Source: the human T2T-CHM13v2.0 reference genome, Homo sapiens. From it: 64,000 bases of DNA. Positions 44,601 through 63,496 of the stretch are shown here, piece after piece. Each line of letters begins with the position of its first letter. The first letter of the stretch is position 1. The notes under the pieces are model-generated. The model saw only the letters and a program-made list of their open reading frames with translations, ran no database searches and was not told the DNA's origin. The stretch lies in assembly GCF_009914755.1 (NCBI RefSeq), contig NC_060934.1; one strand, 5' to 3'. A program made the translations under genes and the position numbers.

Positions 44601-46187
44601 TTAAACTAAATTCTCATTCTGCTCAAAGAAGCAGGAGTTGCCTCTATTGCCTCATGCAAGAAAAATATTTCACAAATAATTAACACAAAGTACAAATATA
44701 TAATCATATTGTTATTATCTTTTGAGATATTTCTACTAGATTCATTCTTACTTGATATTTCTGTTTCCCTGTTTTTAATGTTTTTGATGTAGCTTAACTG
44801 TAAAATCTCAGACAGTTCTGGGTGTAAAAGCTATCCTTCCCACAGGATATGCGTTGTCCTTACTTATCCCAATGCAGAAACACATCTGACATCTTATTCT
44901 TTATCTCTCAGTTCAGAGTGAAAGGGTTCTGAATGAGCTACAGAGAGAATGCTCTGCTGTCCTGTGCTAAAGGAGACCACTAGGCAAGGAAGGATCAGAT
45001 GGACTCCCTTGGACCTCTCTTGGAAGCCACTTGTGCAGGTTTCTCACAGCCAACAAGGTTAACATGCAGCCCTGATCCTCAACTCCAACTCTCAAAGTTG
45101 GCTCTCAGAGCAGATTTGAAAAGCAGTAAAACATTCCTTTGGTTGCTAGACCCATGTAAAAAAGTATAATAAATTTAAAAAGAAAAGCAGTAAAGTGGTG
45201 TTTGGGGGCAGTCTGAGCCATCTGAGAGTTTTCTGAAGGTCTCATTTGTGCTGTGGTTCTTGGTTTACTGACTCTTCTGAGAGTATGATGGAAGCTACCA
45301 ACACACTCCCCAGAAACATGCAGTTCACATATGAACAAGTTCATGAAACTATACATTGGGTGCTAGGTCAGGAAGTATGCTAAGTTACATCTGCTTATGA
45401 AACCCCTTAATGTGTTCCAGATGGGAGAAGGTGCGGAGGCAGGAGCAGGGGATGTGTTCCAGAGCTGTGAAGAATGAGGAGAGAAATTATCACCCAGACA
45501 CTCACCCTGGCAAAAGGCCTTAATCCATTCATCTCTGTTAGTCACACAGATAACTATGGTCAGATAGATGGCTTAGTGAAAGCTGTCAGCTAACCAACAA
45601 GACAGAGCCTTTTTAGTAAAGATTAGTAGGCAGGTAGGCAGTGGTTAGAATGTTGCTCAGTCAGACAAGCAAATACCGAGTTGAGGTTAGAGCCCAAAGG
45701 CTCAATATTGTCTCCACATTCAGAGTGGGAAAATCTGCTCTGAATAGAATCACACATAACCCCAAATTGTGGCATCCTGAAGACATTTTTAAGCAGACAG
45801 AAAGAAAACCTGGAGATGCATCGGTGTCCAGATGAGGCTTCCATTTGCTGGAAATGAAGACAGACCTGCTGTGGAAGAACCGCTAGGCAGGGAGGAGGCA
45901 AAATCAGGGCTCAGGGAGCTGACCCCAAGCCAGTTGGTAATGTTGAGGTGGTTCTGAGGAGCAGAGCTGTCCAGAAGAGGGAAAAGCAGGTGCAATCTGA
46001 GTCCCAATCCCTGGATTCTGGCCTGATCTTGGAAAGCAAGGAAAAGTTTTTACACCTCAGGGTAATGCAAATCCAATCAGAATGCAAAACTTTTGTATGG
46101 GGTGAGGGAAACTAACAAATGGAGTAAATAAAACCTTTAACAAAAATATATGGGGGGAATAACTTCAAGAAATAGAAAATGCTGGGT

Positions 46188-46825
<638 letters not shown>

Positions 46826-48209
46826 CTAAAACATTACCTTTTGTATGAGCACAAACAAAGAAATCAGTGAAACAAATGTCAGAAACATAAAATGTCAGGA
46901 TATTAGTATTTGTTGGCTTAATAATGAAACCACAAGAACGAGATGGCATGATGGTGCAGGCCTTTAGGGCATCTAGAAGAAAGGAGTCATTGCTTCCTGG
47001 ATTGTGCAACATCCCAACTCCATCTGCCTTTCAAATGTCCATATGGTAACTTTTTCATGTAGACACATTTTCTCAACAGGGTTACTGGCAGTTCCAAGGT
47101 CACCAACAGACAGAATGTGATGATCTCCTACTACAAAAACCCACAGACTCTTATTGGCCCATCTTGGATTAAATGCCCTTCCCTGGAATAAATGTTGAGC
47201 CAGAAGGATGTGAAATCTCTGGAATATCTGCCATCCCTTAGGTCATGAAGGCAGGTTGGTAACTATAAGAACAGAGGGATGGGGTGCTGAGAAATACCTC
47301 TCATAAATGACCATTTAGCATGAAGATAGTATTTCAAATTAGTGGGAAAGGTGTGAACTGATCACATGGTGTAGAGAAAACTGGCTATTCATTTGGGAAA
47401 ACAAAGTTAAATCCTTACCTCATAGCAACAACATAGGGACAGATCAATGAACAATTAAACTTAGTAAACATATTTTAAATATAAGATATACATGAGATAA
47501 TGGTAATTTCCAAGTGATTTTCTTGTGCTGATGCAATGAAAAAGTGCAATGAAGCAGAGCTTCGTTGTTTCTTACAATGGAATAGTGAATAACTTTACTT
47601 CAAAGAATCAGGCTTGCCACATGAAGATTTCTAGGGCTGAAACACAGCTACCCATGATCAATTTTTCCTAAGAGCATATTCTCCCCAGAGACTGCTGTTA
47701 ATATTTCTGAATTAATAATTCTTCAAAAAGGTTGCCTGAGTTGGTTAAACCACCTTCAGCTCTAAGAAACAGAAAATCCCAACTAAACCAGTATAATGAG
47801 ACCAAAAAAACTATTATCTCATATAAAGCTTCAAGGTTGGTTAATTTACCTGCTAGAGACCATCAATCCAACTGCTTCCCAGTTTTGTGTTCTGCTATTG
47901 TCAGATCTTACCTCAAGACCAAAAGATAGAATCACACATGCAGACATAAGAACATCTACCAAAATCAAAGGGCTGTCTTATGAAATCTGTTAATCATTAT
48001 GAAATTGTATTGTCTCAAATCTCATTCAGCATTCTCAGTATTTCACTGGCCAGGAAACATTTTTCAAAATTAGGGTGAACTAATAATTCTAGGTAGACAA
48101 TGAAACAAAATCAAGGTTCTGCTGGCATGGAATAAGTGGGGGATAACTGTTGAATAGCAAATCAAAAACCTACAAAAGCTCCTACAAATCTGTTGCAAGG
48201 AATAATGTT

Positions 48210-48447
48210 CCTCATAATAGTGCTAACACTTGGAATGTTCTACACATTGGTCAAGTACTTTACTAAATTAACTAATCCTTACTAGAACCCCATGAGGGAG
48301 GTAACATTAGTATCATCATTTAGCAGAAGAGGAAACTAAAGAACTTATGTTCAAGAATTTGCCCCAGATCACACACCTAATATGTAACAGACCTGGGATT
48401 TGAGCCCAGGAAGTCTAGTTTCAAGGTCAATGTTCTTAACCACTGTA
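48210..48447 (-). mobile_element. MIR
   Basis: gaggaaactaaag...gggatttgagcccagg...tcttaaccact. Confidence 0.65.
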
Positions 48448-48448
48448 T

Positions 48449-48621
48449 CAGGGGTAAGCAAACTTTGGACCAGAGGCCAAATCTGGCTGAGAATCTGTTT
48501 TTCAATGAACCATGAGCTAAGATTGGGGGATGGGGGGTTAAGAAAAGTGACAGAAATAAGTATGTGGCCTGGAAGGTTAAAGTATTTATAGCATTTTATA
48601 AAAGTTTTTGGCCAACTCCTG
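48449..48621. mobile_element. MER58-type MITE
   Basis: caggggtaagcaaact ... ttggccaactcctg TIR-like ends. Confidence 0.55.
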
Positions 48622-49035
48622 TACTATACCAGGTTGCCAGTACTAGAAAGCAATGGCAAATAACAACACAGGTATGCTACATACAAATAGTTCCTGGGTT
48701 ACATACAAGTGAAGCTTGGCACACTCGAGGCTTCCCATGTAGACATTTCAAGATATTGAAATATGGGTGGTTTTCTTACTAAGCATTTTATGGGATAGTA
48801 CAATGAGCATTACCATTCTCAGCTGTTTCCTTAAACTAATTTAGGCTGTGCTAAATGTAAAAATTATGTACTTGATCACTGCATTTTTCATGTAAATAAT
48901 TATTTTTTTAAAAAAATGTGTGTCTAACAAAAACACTGTTGGGCTTCTTTATTGAAAAGGCAGCTCAATAACAATGGTCATTTCCATTAATATATGCCAG
49001 GAAACGGTAGAGGAAAATGCTTATAGTAGGATACT

Positions 49036-49482
49036 TGCCATGGACCTATTGGACTGAACAAAGGAGGGTGAATGCAGGAATAAAAGACAAGAGACAAAAG
49101 AAGAGTATATTTGGAAGAAGGGGTCGGGGGCACCATGCCTTTACTGGACAAGGGCCCTGAGCTTTACACAGCTCTCCATATTTATTAGGCAAAAGAGATA
49201 GCAAGAAAGAGGGGATGATTGTCGGGTAATTTTCAGTCAGCCATTTGGTTCACAGCAGGCTTGCAAGACTGCCTCCTTTGAACAATAGGTGCTAATTTTC
49301 TCAGTAGATAACTTCAAGGAGCCTGGCTCCAGCGAGTGATCTCCCTAAGCAAACCTTTTGGTGGCAGGGCAGTGTGAGTTTGCCCACATCCTGCATTCAT
49401 GAGAAACAGTTTGCTGTTTGATCATATAGCCTCCAGCAGAATGCTGAGTTGGTCAGGTCCCACAGGCCTTTGGCTACCTGTA
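49036..49482 (-). mobile_element. LTR3 (HERV-K HML-6-type) solo LTR
   Basis: Reverse complement gccaaaggcctgtgggacctgaccaactcagcattc...ggaggctatatgatcaaacagcaaac; 5-bp TSD atact. Confidence 0.75.
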
Positions 49483-49654
49483 ATACTTAAAATGTATCAA
49501 ATATTATTTCACATAAAAGACTGTATTAATATAAAAAAGAACACAGTGATTTACAAGAATTAAGTCATAATGGTTATTAAAGTAAGGATTTTAATGTTTG
49601 AGTTTGATTCTGTTGGGTTCCAATGAAAAAAAGTAGAAGACAGAAAAGATATGT

Positions 49655-50688
49655 TGTTGCAGGAAGTCAGGGACCCTGAACAGAGGGACCGGCTGAAGCC
49701 ATGGCAGAAGAACATAAATTGTGAAGATTCCCCAAATTAATACTTTTATAATTTCTTACACCTGTCTTTACTGCAATCTCTGAACATAAATTGTGAAGAT
49801 TTCATGGACATTTATCACTTCCCCAATCAATATTCTTGTCATTTCCTATGCCTGTCTTTAATCTCTTAATCCTGTCATCTTCATAAGCTGAGGATGTATG
49901 TTGCCTCAGGACCCTGTGATGATTGTGTTAACTGCACAAATTGTTTAAACAATATGAAATCTGGGCACCTTGAAAACAGAACAGGATAACAGTGATGTTC
50001 AGGGAACAAGGGAGATAACCATTAGGTCTGGCTCCCTGAGAGCCAGGCGGAACAGAGCCATATTTCTCTTCTTTCAAAAGCAAATAGGAGAAATATCACT
50101 GAATTCTTTTTCTCAGCAAGGAACAGCCCTGAGAAAGAGAATGCATTCCTAGGGGGAGGTCTCTAAAATGGCTGCTCTGGGAATGTCTGTCTTTCATGGT
50201 TGAAGATAAGGGGTGAAATAAGCCCCGGTCTCCCGTAGCACTCCCAGGTCTATTAGGACGAGCAAATTCCCGCCTAATAAATTTTGGTCAGACCGGTTGT
50301 CTGCTCTCAAACCCTGTCTCCTGATAAGATGTTATCAATGACAATGCGTGCCCGAAACTTCATTAGCAATTTTAATTTCACCCCAGTCCTGTGATTTCGC
50401 CCTGCCTCCATTTGCCTTGTAATATTTTATTACCTTGTGAAGCATGTGATCTCTGTGACCCAGACCCTACTAGAACACTCCCTCCCCTTTTGAAAATCAC
50501 TAATAAAAACTTGCTGGTTTTGTGGCCTGGGGGCATCACAGAAGCTGCCGACATGTGATGTCTCCCCTGGACACCCAGCTTTAAAATTTCTCTCTTTTGT
50601 ACTCTTTCCCTTTATTTCTCAGATAGGCCGACACCGGGAAAATAGAAAAGGACTCATTTTGAATTACTGGGGACAGGTTCCCCTGATA
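49655..50688 (+). mobile_element. MER11 (B/C-like) solo LTR
   Basis: tgttgcaggaagtcagggacc ... ggttcccctgata; perfect 6-bp TSD atatgt. Confidence 0.92.
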
Positions 50689-50923
50689 ATATGTAGGAAC
50701 TAATTCTTTGCCATGTTGACTGTTAAGATCATCAGAAAAAGTTAATATAGGATGTTTACTATATTCTCTATTTTATGTCATATTTTGTGGGAGAAAGAAA
50801 AACAGTAAAAATACCCAGTTAATTTTCTAATTCATGCATAAGACATGCAGATACAATATATTATATGCATGAATCTGCACTAGTTTATGTGGATATTAAA
50901 ACACCTAAGACACTTTTTGAGCC

Positions 50924-51218
50924 TTTTTTTTTTTCTTTTTTTGAGAGAATCCTGCTCTGTAGCCCAGGCTGGAATGCAGTGATGCAATCTTGGCTCACCG
51001 CAACCTCTGCCTCCTGGTTTCAAGAGATTCTCCTGCCTCGGCCTCCTGAGTAGCTAGGACTACAGGCCACCATGCCCAGCTAATTTTTTTTTATTTTTAG
51101 TAGAGACAGGGTTTCTCCATGTCAGCCAGGCTGGTCTCGAACTCTTGACCTCAGGTGATCTGCCCACCTCGGCCTCCCAAAGTGCTGGGATTATAGGTGT
51201 GAGCCACTGAGCCTGGGC
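50924..51218 (-). mobile_element. AluS
   Basis: Antisense dimer. Confidence 0.88.
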
Positions 51219-52629
51219 AAGTTTGAGCTCTAATGATATAAATTCCTTGAGCTGTTTAGGGAATGGAATTATGTGGCGATTTGGGGATTATTCCTTTAAA
51301 CAAATGGTCTCCAAAGTATTTGATGACTCACCCTACAAGGAAAAAAGTTTCAGCATCCACATATTTGTAGCAATAGATAGGTATGTATGAATATAGATGT
51401 ATTTCCAGGTGGTCCACACTTTGCATGATTCTGATATGCAGGAATTTCAGTTATGACAATTCAGTTAAGTAACACCAGTCTCCCAACAACAAAGGTCAGA
51501 TTTCATTTAGCATGGTATATTATCTGTAACTGCATAAAATACAAACTTCACTCCTAGCTCTTAAGTCCACAAATCACCACATTAATAATCGATGCACACT
51601 GGAAGGGAGCCAAGATGGCCGAATAGGAACAGCTCTGGTCTACAGCTCCCAGCGTGAGCAATTTCTGCATTTCCATCTAAGGTACTGGGTTCATCTCACT
51701 AGGGAGTGCCAGACAGTGGGTGCAGGACAGTGGGTGCAGCACACCATGCGTGAGCTGAAGCAGGGCGAGGCATTGCCTCACTCAAGAAGTGCAAGGGATC
51801 AGGGAGTTCCCTTTCCTAGTCAAAGAAAGGGGTGACAGATGGCACATGGAAAATTGGGTCACTCCCACCCTAATACTGCACTTTTCCAACGGGCTTAAAA
51901 AACGGCACACCAGGAGATTATATCCCACACATGGCTTGGAGGGTCCTACGCCCACGGAGTCTCACTGATTGCTAGCACAGCAGTCTGAGATCAAACTGCA
52001 AGGTGGCAGCAACGCTGCGGGAGGGGCGCCTGCAATTGCCCAGGCTTGATTAGGTAAACAAAGCAGCCAGGAAGCTCGAACTGGGTGGAGCCCACCACAG
52101 CTCAAGGAGGCCTGCCTGCCTCTGTAGGCTCCACCTGTGGGGGCAGGGCACAGACAAACAAAAAGACAGCAGTAACCTCTGCAGACTTAAATGTCCCTGT
52201 CTGACAGCTTTGAAGAGAGTAGTGGTTCTCCCAGCACGCAACTGGAGATCTGAGAACGGGCAGACTGCCTCCTCAAGTGGGTCCTTGACCCCCAAGCAAT
52301 CTAACTGGGAGGCACCCTCTAGTAGGGGCAGACTGACACCTCACATGGCCGGGTACTCCTCTGAAACAAAACTTCCAGAGGAACGATCAGGCAGCAGCAT
52401 TTGCGGTTCACCAAGATCCGCTGTTCTACAGCCACCACTGTTCTGCAGCCACCACTGCTGATACCCAGGCAAACAGGGTCTGGAGTGGACCTCTAGCAAA
52501 CTCCAACAGACCTGCACCTAAGGGTCCTGTCTGTTAGAAGGAAAACTAACAAACAGAAAGGACATCCACACCAAAAACCCTTCTGTATGTCACCATCATC
52601 AAAGACCAAAAGTAGATAAAACCACAAAG

Positions 52630-53645
52630 ATGGGGAAAAACAGAGTAGAAAAACTGGAAACTCTAAAAAGCAGAGTATCTCTCCTCCTCCAAAGGAACAC
52701 AGCTCCTCACCAGCAACGGAAGAAAGCTGGATGGAGAATGACTTTGACGAGCTGAGAGAAGAAGGCTTCAGATGATCAAATTACTCCGAGCTACAGGAGG
52801 AAATTCAAACCAATGGCAAAGAAGTTAAAAACTGTGAAAAAAAATTAGACGAATGGATAACTAGAATAACCAACACAGAGAAGTCCTTAAAGGAGCTGAT
52901 GGAGCTGAAAGCCAAGGCTCGAGAACTACGTGAAGAATGCAGAAGTCTCAGGAGCCGATGCAATCAACTGGAAGAAAGGGTATCAGTGATGGAAGATGAA
53001 ATGAATGAAATGAAGCAAGAAGGGAAGTTTAGAAAAAAAAGAATAAAAAGAAACGAGCAAAGCCTCCAAGAAATATGGGACTAGGTGAAAAGACCAAATC
53101 TACATCTGATTGGTGTACCTGAAAGTGACGGGGAGAAAGGAACCAAGTTGGAACACACTCTGCAGGATATTATCCAGGAGAACTTCCCCAATCTAACAAG
53201 GCAGGCCAACGTTCAGATTCAGGAAATATAGAGAACGCCACAAAGATACTCCTCGAGAAGAGCAAGTCCAAGACACATAATTGTCAGATTCACCAAAGTT
53301 GAAATGAAGGAAAAAATGTTAAGGGCAGCCAGAGAGAAAGGTCGGGTTACCCACAAAGGGAAGCCCATCAGACTAACAGCAGATCTCTTGGCAGAAACCC
53401 TACAAGCCAGAAGGGAGTGGGGGCCAATATTCAACATTCTTAAAGAAAAGAATTTCCAACCCAGAATTTCATATCCAGCCAAACTAAGCTTCATAAGTGA
53501 AGGAGAAATAAAATACTTTACAGACAAGTAAATGCTGAGAGATTTTGTCACCACCAGGCCTGCCCTAAAATAGCTCCTGAAAGACGCACTAAACATGGAA
53601 AGGAACAACCAGTTCCAGCCACTGCAAAAACATGCCAAAATGTAA
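52630..53645 (+). pseudogene. L1 ORF1p, disrupted
   Basis: Fragments MELKAKARELREEC... and MKEKMLRAAREKGRVTHKGKPIRLTADL; frameshift and stops. Confidence 0.9.
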
Positions 53646-53709
53646 AGACCAATCAAGGCTAGGAAGAAACTGCATCAACTAAAGAGCAAAATAACCAGCT
53701 AACATCATA

Positions 53710-57530
<3,821 letters not shown>

Positions 57531-57945
57531 ACAATGAGAACACATGGACACAGGAAGGAGAACATCACACTCCGCGGACTGTTGTGGGGTGGAGGGAGGG
57601 GGGAGGGATAGCATTAGGAGATATATCTAATGCTAAATGATGAGTTAATGGGCGCAGCACACCAACATGGCACATGTATACATATGTAACAAACCTGCAC
57701 ATTGTGCACATGTACCCTAAAACTTAAAGTATAATAATAATAAAATAAAATTAAAAAAAACAATCGATGCACACCAAGATCAATGACTAATCATGTCATT
57801 CTTTCAAAGTCAGCCAGTGGCTGACCACTCACATCTGTCACTCAGTTCATTCACAAATCACAAAGCATGTAATTGTGTAGGGCCTCCTTATCTCCCAGCA
57901 ACAAACCCCTAAGACATTTTGCAAAAATGATTAAAAGGTAAAGGA

Positions 57946-58240
<295 letters not shown>

Positions 58241-58962
58241 GGCTTTCTAGTCTGGTTTCTGCATTTACAGCCATTTTTAGAGCGCCATACTATCATGCAA
58301 AGTGAGAACCAACTGTATGCACTGTGTGTGTCTGTGTGTGTTACATATATAATATATATTGCCACCAGACACTGCTGAACTCCAAGTGGGCAGTGTGCTG
58401 ATGGACTAGCCGAGGAAACACCTGAAGGACTATCAGACCCCTTTGGGATGTTGCTACTGTATAAGCACAGTGGAGGCTGAAAGATAAAGCAGATAAAAAG
58501 AATGTATTATGTAAATATGGGTAAATACTTGGGGCTCTGATAATGGCCAAATCAACCAGAGAGAAAAAGATTTTGCTTTAAGGCAAGTCTTCTATGAGAC
58601 AGGTCACAGTGGTCTAACACCACAGTATGAGAAACCTGCACTTTAGACATGGAGAATCCCTTTAGTCACGTATTTGCTCCCTGTTGATAACCTGACAGGG
58701 AATTTATTCCTGTTCATCTTTCCAATGATTTCATTTACTGATCCTTGAAGTCAGCTCTTTCATTGAGGGAAGTAAACAGATGAAGTAACAGCGTTCCACA
58801 TTTCTGACTAAACTCACAATAGCCACCTACATGAATCAAACCAAATCTTCACTTATAAATGTAAATGGAAAATGAAGTTTCACTACAAATTTGAGAACCA
58901 GTAACACAAGCTACATATGTACCAATATGAACTGAAGACGTGACTATCAAAGGAAAAAAAAA

Positions 58963-59229
58963 TGGGGGAGGCCGAGGCCTGTGGATCACTTGAGGTCAGG
59001 AGTTTGAGACCAGCCTGGCCAACATGGCGAAACCCCGTCCCTACTAAAATACAAAAATTAGCTGGGCGTGGTGGCACACACCTGTAATCCCAGCTACTCA
59101 GGAGGCTGAGGCAGGAGAATCACTTAAACCAGGAGGTGGAGGTTGCAGTAAGCTGGGATCACACCACAGCACTCCAGCCTGGGCAACAGAACAAGACTCC
59201 GTCTAAAAAATAAATAATAATAATAATAA
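58963..59229 (+). mobile_element. 5'-truncated AluS with (TAA)n tail
   Basis: Begins at gggaggccgagg. Confidence 0.88.
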
Positions 59230-59477
59230 TCTGTATCAAGAATCAGAAGAGACTGTTTTTGGAGACATTGGAGATTATTAGTATCCTCAATTATACTCAA
59301 GAGAATGTTACTTCACTTCACAGCTATTAGAATGGCTATCAAAAAACAGAAAGTAAGTGTTGGTGAAGATATAGAGAAATTGGAACATTTGTCACTGTTG
59401 GAGGGACATAAAACAATGCAGCCGCTATGGAAAAGAGTATGGTGTGTTCCTCAAAATGTTAAAAATAGAATCACTAT

Positions 59478-59835
59478 ATGTATACATTCATTTTCTGGGG
59501 ATGCCATAACAAAGTACCACAGACTAGGTGGTTTAAACAACAGGAATTTATTTGTCATGCTCCTAGTGTCAGAACAGGGTTGGTTTCTTCTGAGGCCCCT
59601 CTCCTTGGCTTACAGGTGGCCATCCTCTTACTGTCTCTTCACAAGGTCATCCTCTCTACACACATCCCCCTGGTTGCATGTCCTCATCTCTCTTTCTTAT
59701 GAAGACACCAGTTAGACTGGATCACAGCCCATGCTAATGGTCTCATTTTAACCTAATTATCTCTGTAAAGGCCCTATCTCCAATACAGTCACATTCTGAG
59801 GCATCGAGGGGGTTAGGGCTTCAGAAAAGGAATTA
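59478..59835 (-). mobile_element. MLT1B-type LTR
   Basis: gccataacaaagtaccacagactaggtggtttaaacaacag...cagtcacattctgagg. Confidence 0.75.
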
Positions 59836-60026
59836 TGCCTCAAGACTGCAGCATTAACGTCTGCCTAGCTCCCAGCCTGCTGGCCTGCCCTACAAATTTT
59901 ACATTCGACCAGCCCCTATAATCACATAAACCAATTTCTGAAAATGAATACACACACACACACACACACACAGGCACATGCACCCATATCCTATCAGTTG
60001 TTTCTCTGGAGAACAGTGATTGACAC
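59835..60026 (+). mobile_element. MLT2-type LTR 3' part with (CA)n
   Basis: cccagcctgctggcctgccctacaaatttt...tttctctggagaac. Confidence 0.65.
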
Positions 60027-60695
60027 AGGGCTTAGGGCATGTTATTTTTCTTCATCTTAAAGTTTTTCCTCCATTCCATTTCCCTCCTTCTCTCCTGACA
60101 GCCACCAGAAGAAATGGGGAGTAGTCTACTCTAGATCTGTCAACAGGAGCATGGCCCAGATGGCACTTTGATTTCAGACTGATCCAGAACTGGGAGAGAA
60201 TACATTTCTGTTAACAGAACACAAAGACTGTGGTTATTTGTTACCGCAGTCACAGGAAATTAATACACCAATATTTTGCAAAAATCCTACAGAAAATTAA
60301 CAGTTTGCTTTGCTCAGCGAGAGCACATCTAACCAGTGAGAGCTATCACTTTAAAAGCGCTAAATTCACCTTTTGTGTTTCAGCTCTCGAGGGGTTATCT
60401 TATCCTTTGATATGGTTAAAAATCTAGAGAGTATGTAATCTGTCAAGAAAAATAGGGTAAGAGTTATAAAACACCTGGGGATATGCTAGGCTATAAAACT
60501 CCAGGAAGACAAGAACATGAAGCAGACGGAAGAAATCTACCACCTGGATCAATTGAGCTGTCCTTTGACTTTCTGCCATCTGTGCCACTAAAGAACAAAC
60601 AGCGTGGCAATCACAGGCAGCATGCATTTCAGGCTTGTTGACTGAGGGTGTCAACTACATCACTTTCATGAAGAGAGTTAAAGACATTTTCTTAG

Positions 60696-61030
<335 letters not shown>

Positions 61031-63149
61031 TCTTTTGTTTATTCTTACGGTCAAAACAAAGCACTGTCCTTTGGCACAGAGTATCAGAGATAAGTCTGCA
61101 CGTTACTAATAATTACAGTTATACAACACAATGTATAATATATACACACTAAAACTATTATAATTATCTTGATATCTTTATAATTAATATGTTGACTTTT
61201 CCCTATTTTAGATCTGTTAACTATAAATTCCTTGATAATTTTTATCATGTTAATCTTTTATCATTTTATGCAATGGAAACATGAGAAATGAATAAACAAC
61301 TCACCTGGCATTTGCTTTTTTTCTGTTGCTCTTGGGAAAGTGCAGGGGAAGCTGAATGTACAGTTACGGGAGAAGAACACAGGGGTGGTCATGCGAGATC
61401 TGGCCTGCTACGGACCTTTGAGATTCAGCTTCCTAAAAACTGCTGCCCACCAACTGGTTACACACTCGTCTATGGGAAAAAGTTTCTTTGGCCCTTGAGG
61501 AGACAGCAAGAGCCATGATGAGTGAGAATTCACACATGTAAATCTGACAAGATGTCACAGAAGTTGACTATGCAACTTTTCACTGGGTTGCACTTCCTAA
61601 TGGTCAATTTCATTTTTCTTTCAGAACTAATCCGGGACTAATTCAACAAATAATATTATATCAGAAGACAAATTGTCACCTGCCATGTTCACTCCTGTAG
61701 GTGAAATACTCAGGATATTTGTTTACTTACATTCCTACTGAGTTGCTAACCCTTAAGGAAATCATGCTGCAGCAAATGGTGGGAGTGCTTTGGGGAAAGA
61801 TCTGTTTTAAGATTGTTTGCTTCTAACTCAGTTGCAACAGAACCTGGCAGGTGACTTACCTGTTATAAGATGGATGGGTGTTTTCTATTCCTGCTCTGCC
61901 ATTTACAAACTGGATGAGTCTGGACAGGTTACTTATACATCCAAGAGTCAAGGTTTCTCAGCTTTGCAATGATGCAGACACAGACACCCCTACTCTCTGC
62001 CTCTATAGGATTAGGGTAGGTAAGGCGGCACCACATCTCTAGAGGGCCCATATCACAATGGACATGGCGTGAGAGCAGCTCAGAATCTGGACAAAGACCA
62101 TGGAGACTGAATGTGGGGCATGTTGGTTAAAGACTGGAGATAGAACTCCTCCAGCTATGCCCAGTGATCTCTCCCTGCAGACCATGCCCACACCAACCCT
62201 CCAAGATTAATATTTCCACAGCATACCCCTTTCCACCACTCAGTCCAGTCACATATCTTTTCTGAGACGTGGTCCAAACCTTTCATCATAGTGGGGAGAC
62301 CTTCTGGATGTGATAACATTTACAGAGCATCACTCATTCTGAGCAGGAGGAAGAATTACTTCAGGCTGTGCAAACTGTCAGGCTCTGCCCTTTCTGGCAG
62401 TTTCCTGACTTTGCTCTGAAGTTGGGCTGACAACGTTCAGGTTAGAGAAGCAATCTTCAAGGTGGGATTCCTGTTCCTAGGGCGCCTTCTTCTTACTTCA
62501 CAAGAACTGCTTTCTTCCGAGGAGCTGAAACCTGAGCTTAAAGGACAAAATCATTTTACTCAGAAACTTCACTCAGGGTTCCAAATCTCAAAGAACTTCC
62601 TTGTCTAAACTCTGAAGGCACTGACTATGCTGAAGGTTGGATGGTGCAGGAGTCCAAGCAACACAGTCATGCAGCCTGACCCAAGGACTTCAAGATGCTA
62701 AGAAACCCCAGAATACATGACTACAAGGTGACACTCAGCCGCCCCCCACCCACTTCAGTATGATTTCAGGAATACAAGATGGTTTTAGGTAGGGTGGTCT
62801 ACCCTGGCCATGTGACCTTCACCATTTCACTTGAACCCTCAGACCGTCAGTTTTCTTGTTTGTCAAGATGGAAGACAGTCACATAAAGATTGTTGTAAGG
62901 ACTAAATAAAAGAGCTAATGAGAAGAAAAAAGTATTTTCAAAATACCTTATCAGCTGAGGTTAACTACTAAGCTCTGTGCCAAATTTTTTACATATGCCA
63001 AAAATGTGAAACTCAGAACCACTCCGCATGGCACATATTATTGATGGGATGTGCTATACAAAATGGGCTTACTCTGATTGAGAGCTCTAAACTGGAGGTA
63101 GGAAGTCATTCTAAGGGCTGCCTGCACATTCTACAAACCTGCAGGGAAA

Positions 63150-63496
63150 AACAAAACAAAACAAAAAAAAGGAACTTGCCTTGAACCTTTGAAGTGGGCC
63201 AAACTGCAACGACCACAAAATTATGTAAAACAGCTGAACTTCACCAGCGTTGCAACTCCTGAACAGTAACAACCAATGAACTATGGACTCAGGTACTAAG
63301 CCACCCGCTTCCACCAACGGATAATTCTTTCAGGACTTGCATAAACACCCGTAGCTTCCTTTCTGATTTCCTCCCTGTTCCCCTCCCTCTTTTTGGAATA
63401 CAATTTGGCTTCCAGCCCAATGCGTCTCCAGAATCGCAATTCCTAAAACCTCAATAAACGCCATGGTTTACTGCATTGCAGCCTGGTCTTCGACTC
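63150..63496 (+). mobile_element. Probable old ERV1 LTR fragment
   Basis: ccaat, gcaattcctaaaacctcaataaac polyA-signal context; subfamily not identified. Confidence 0.4.
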
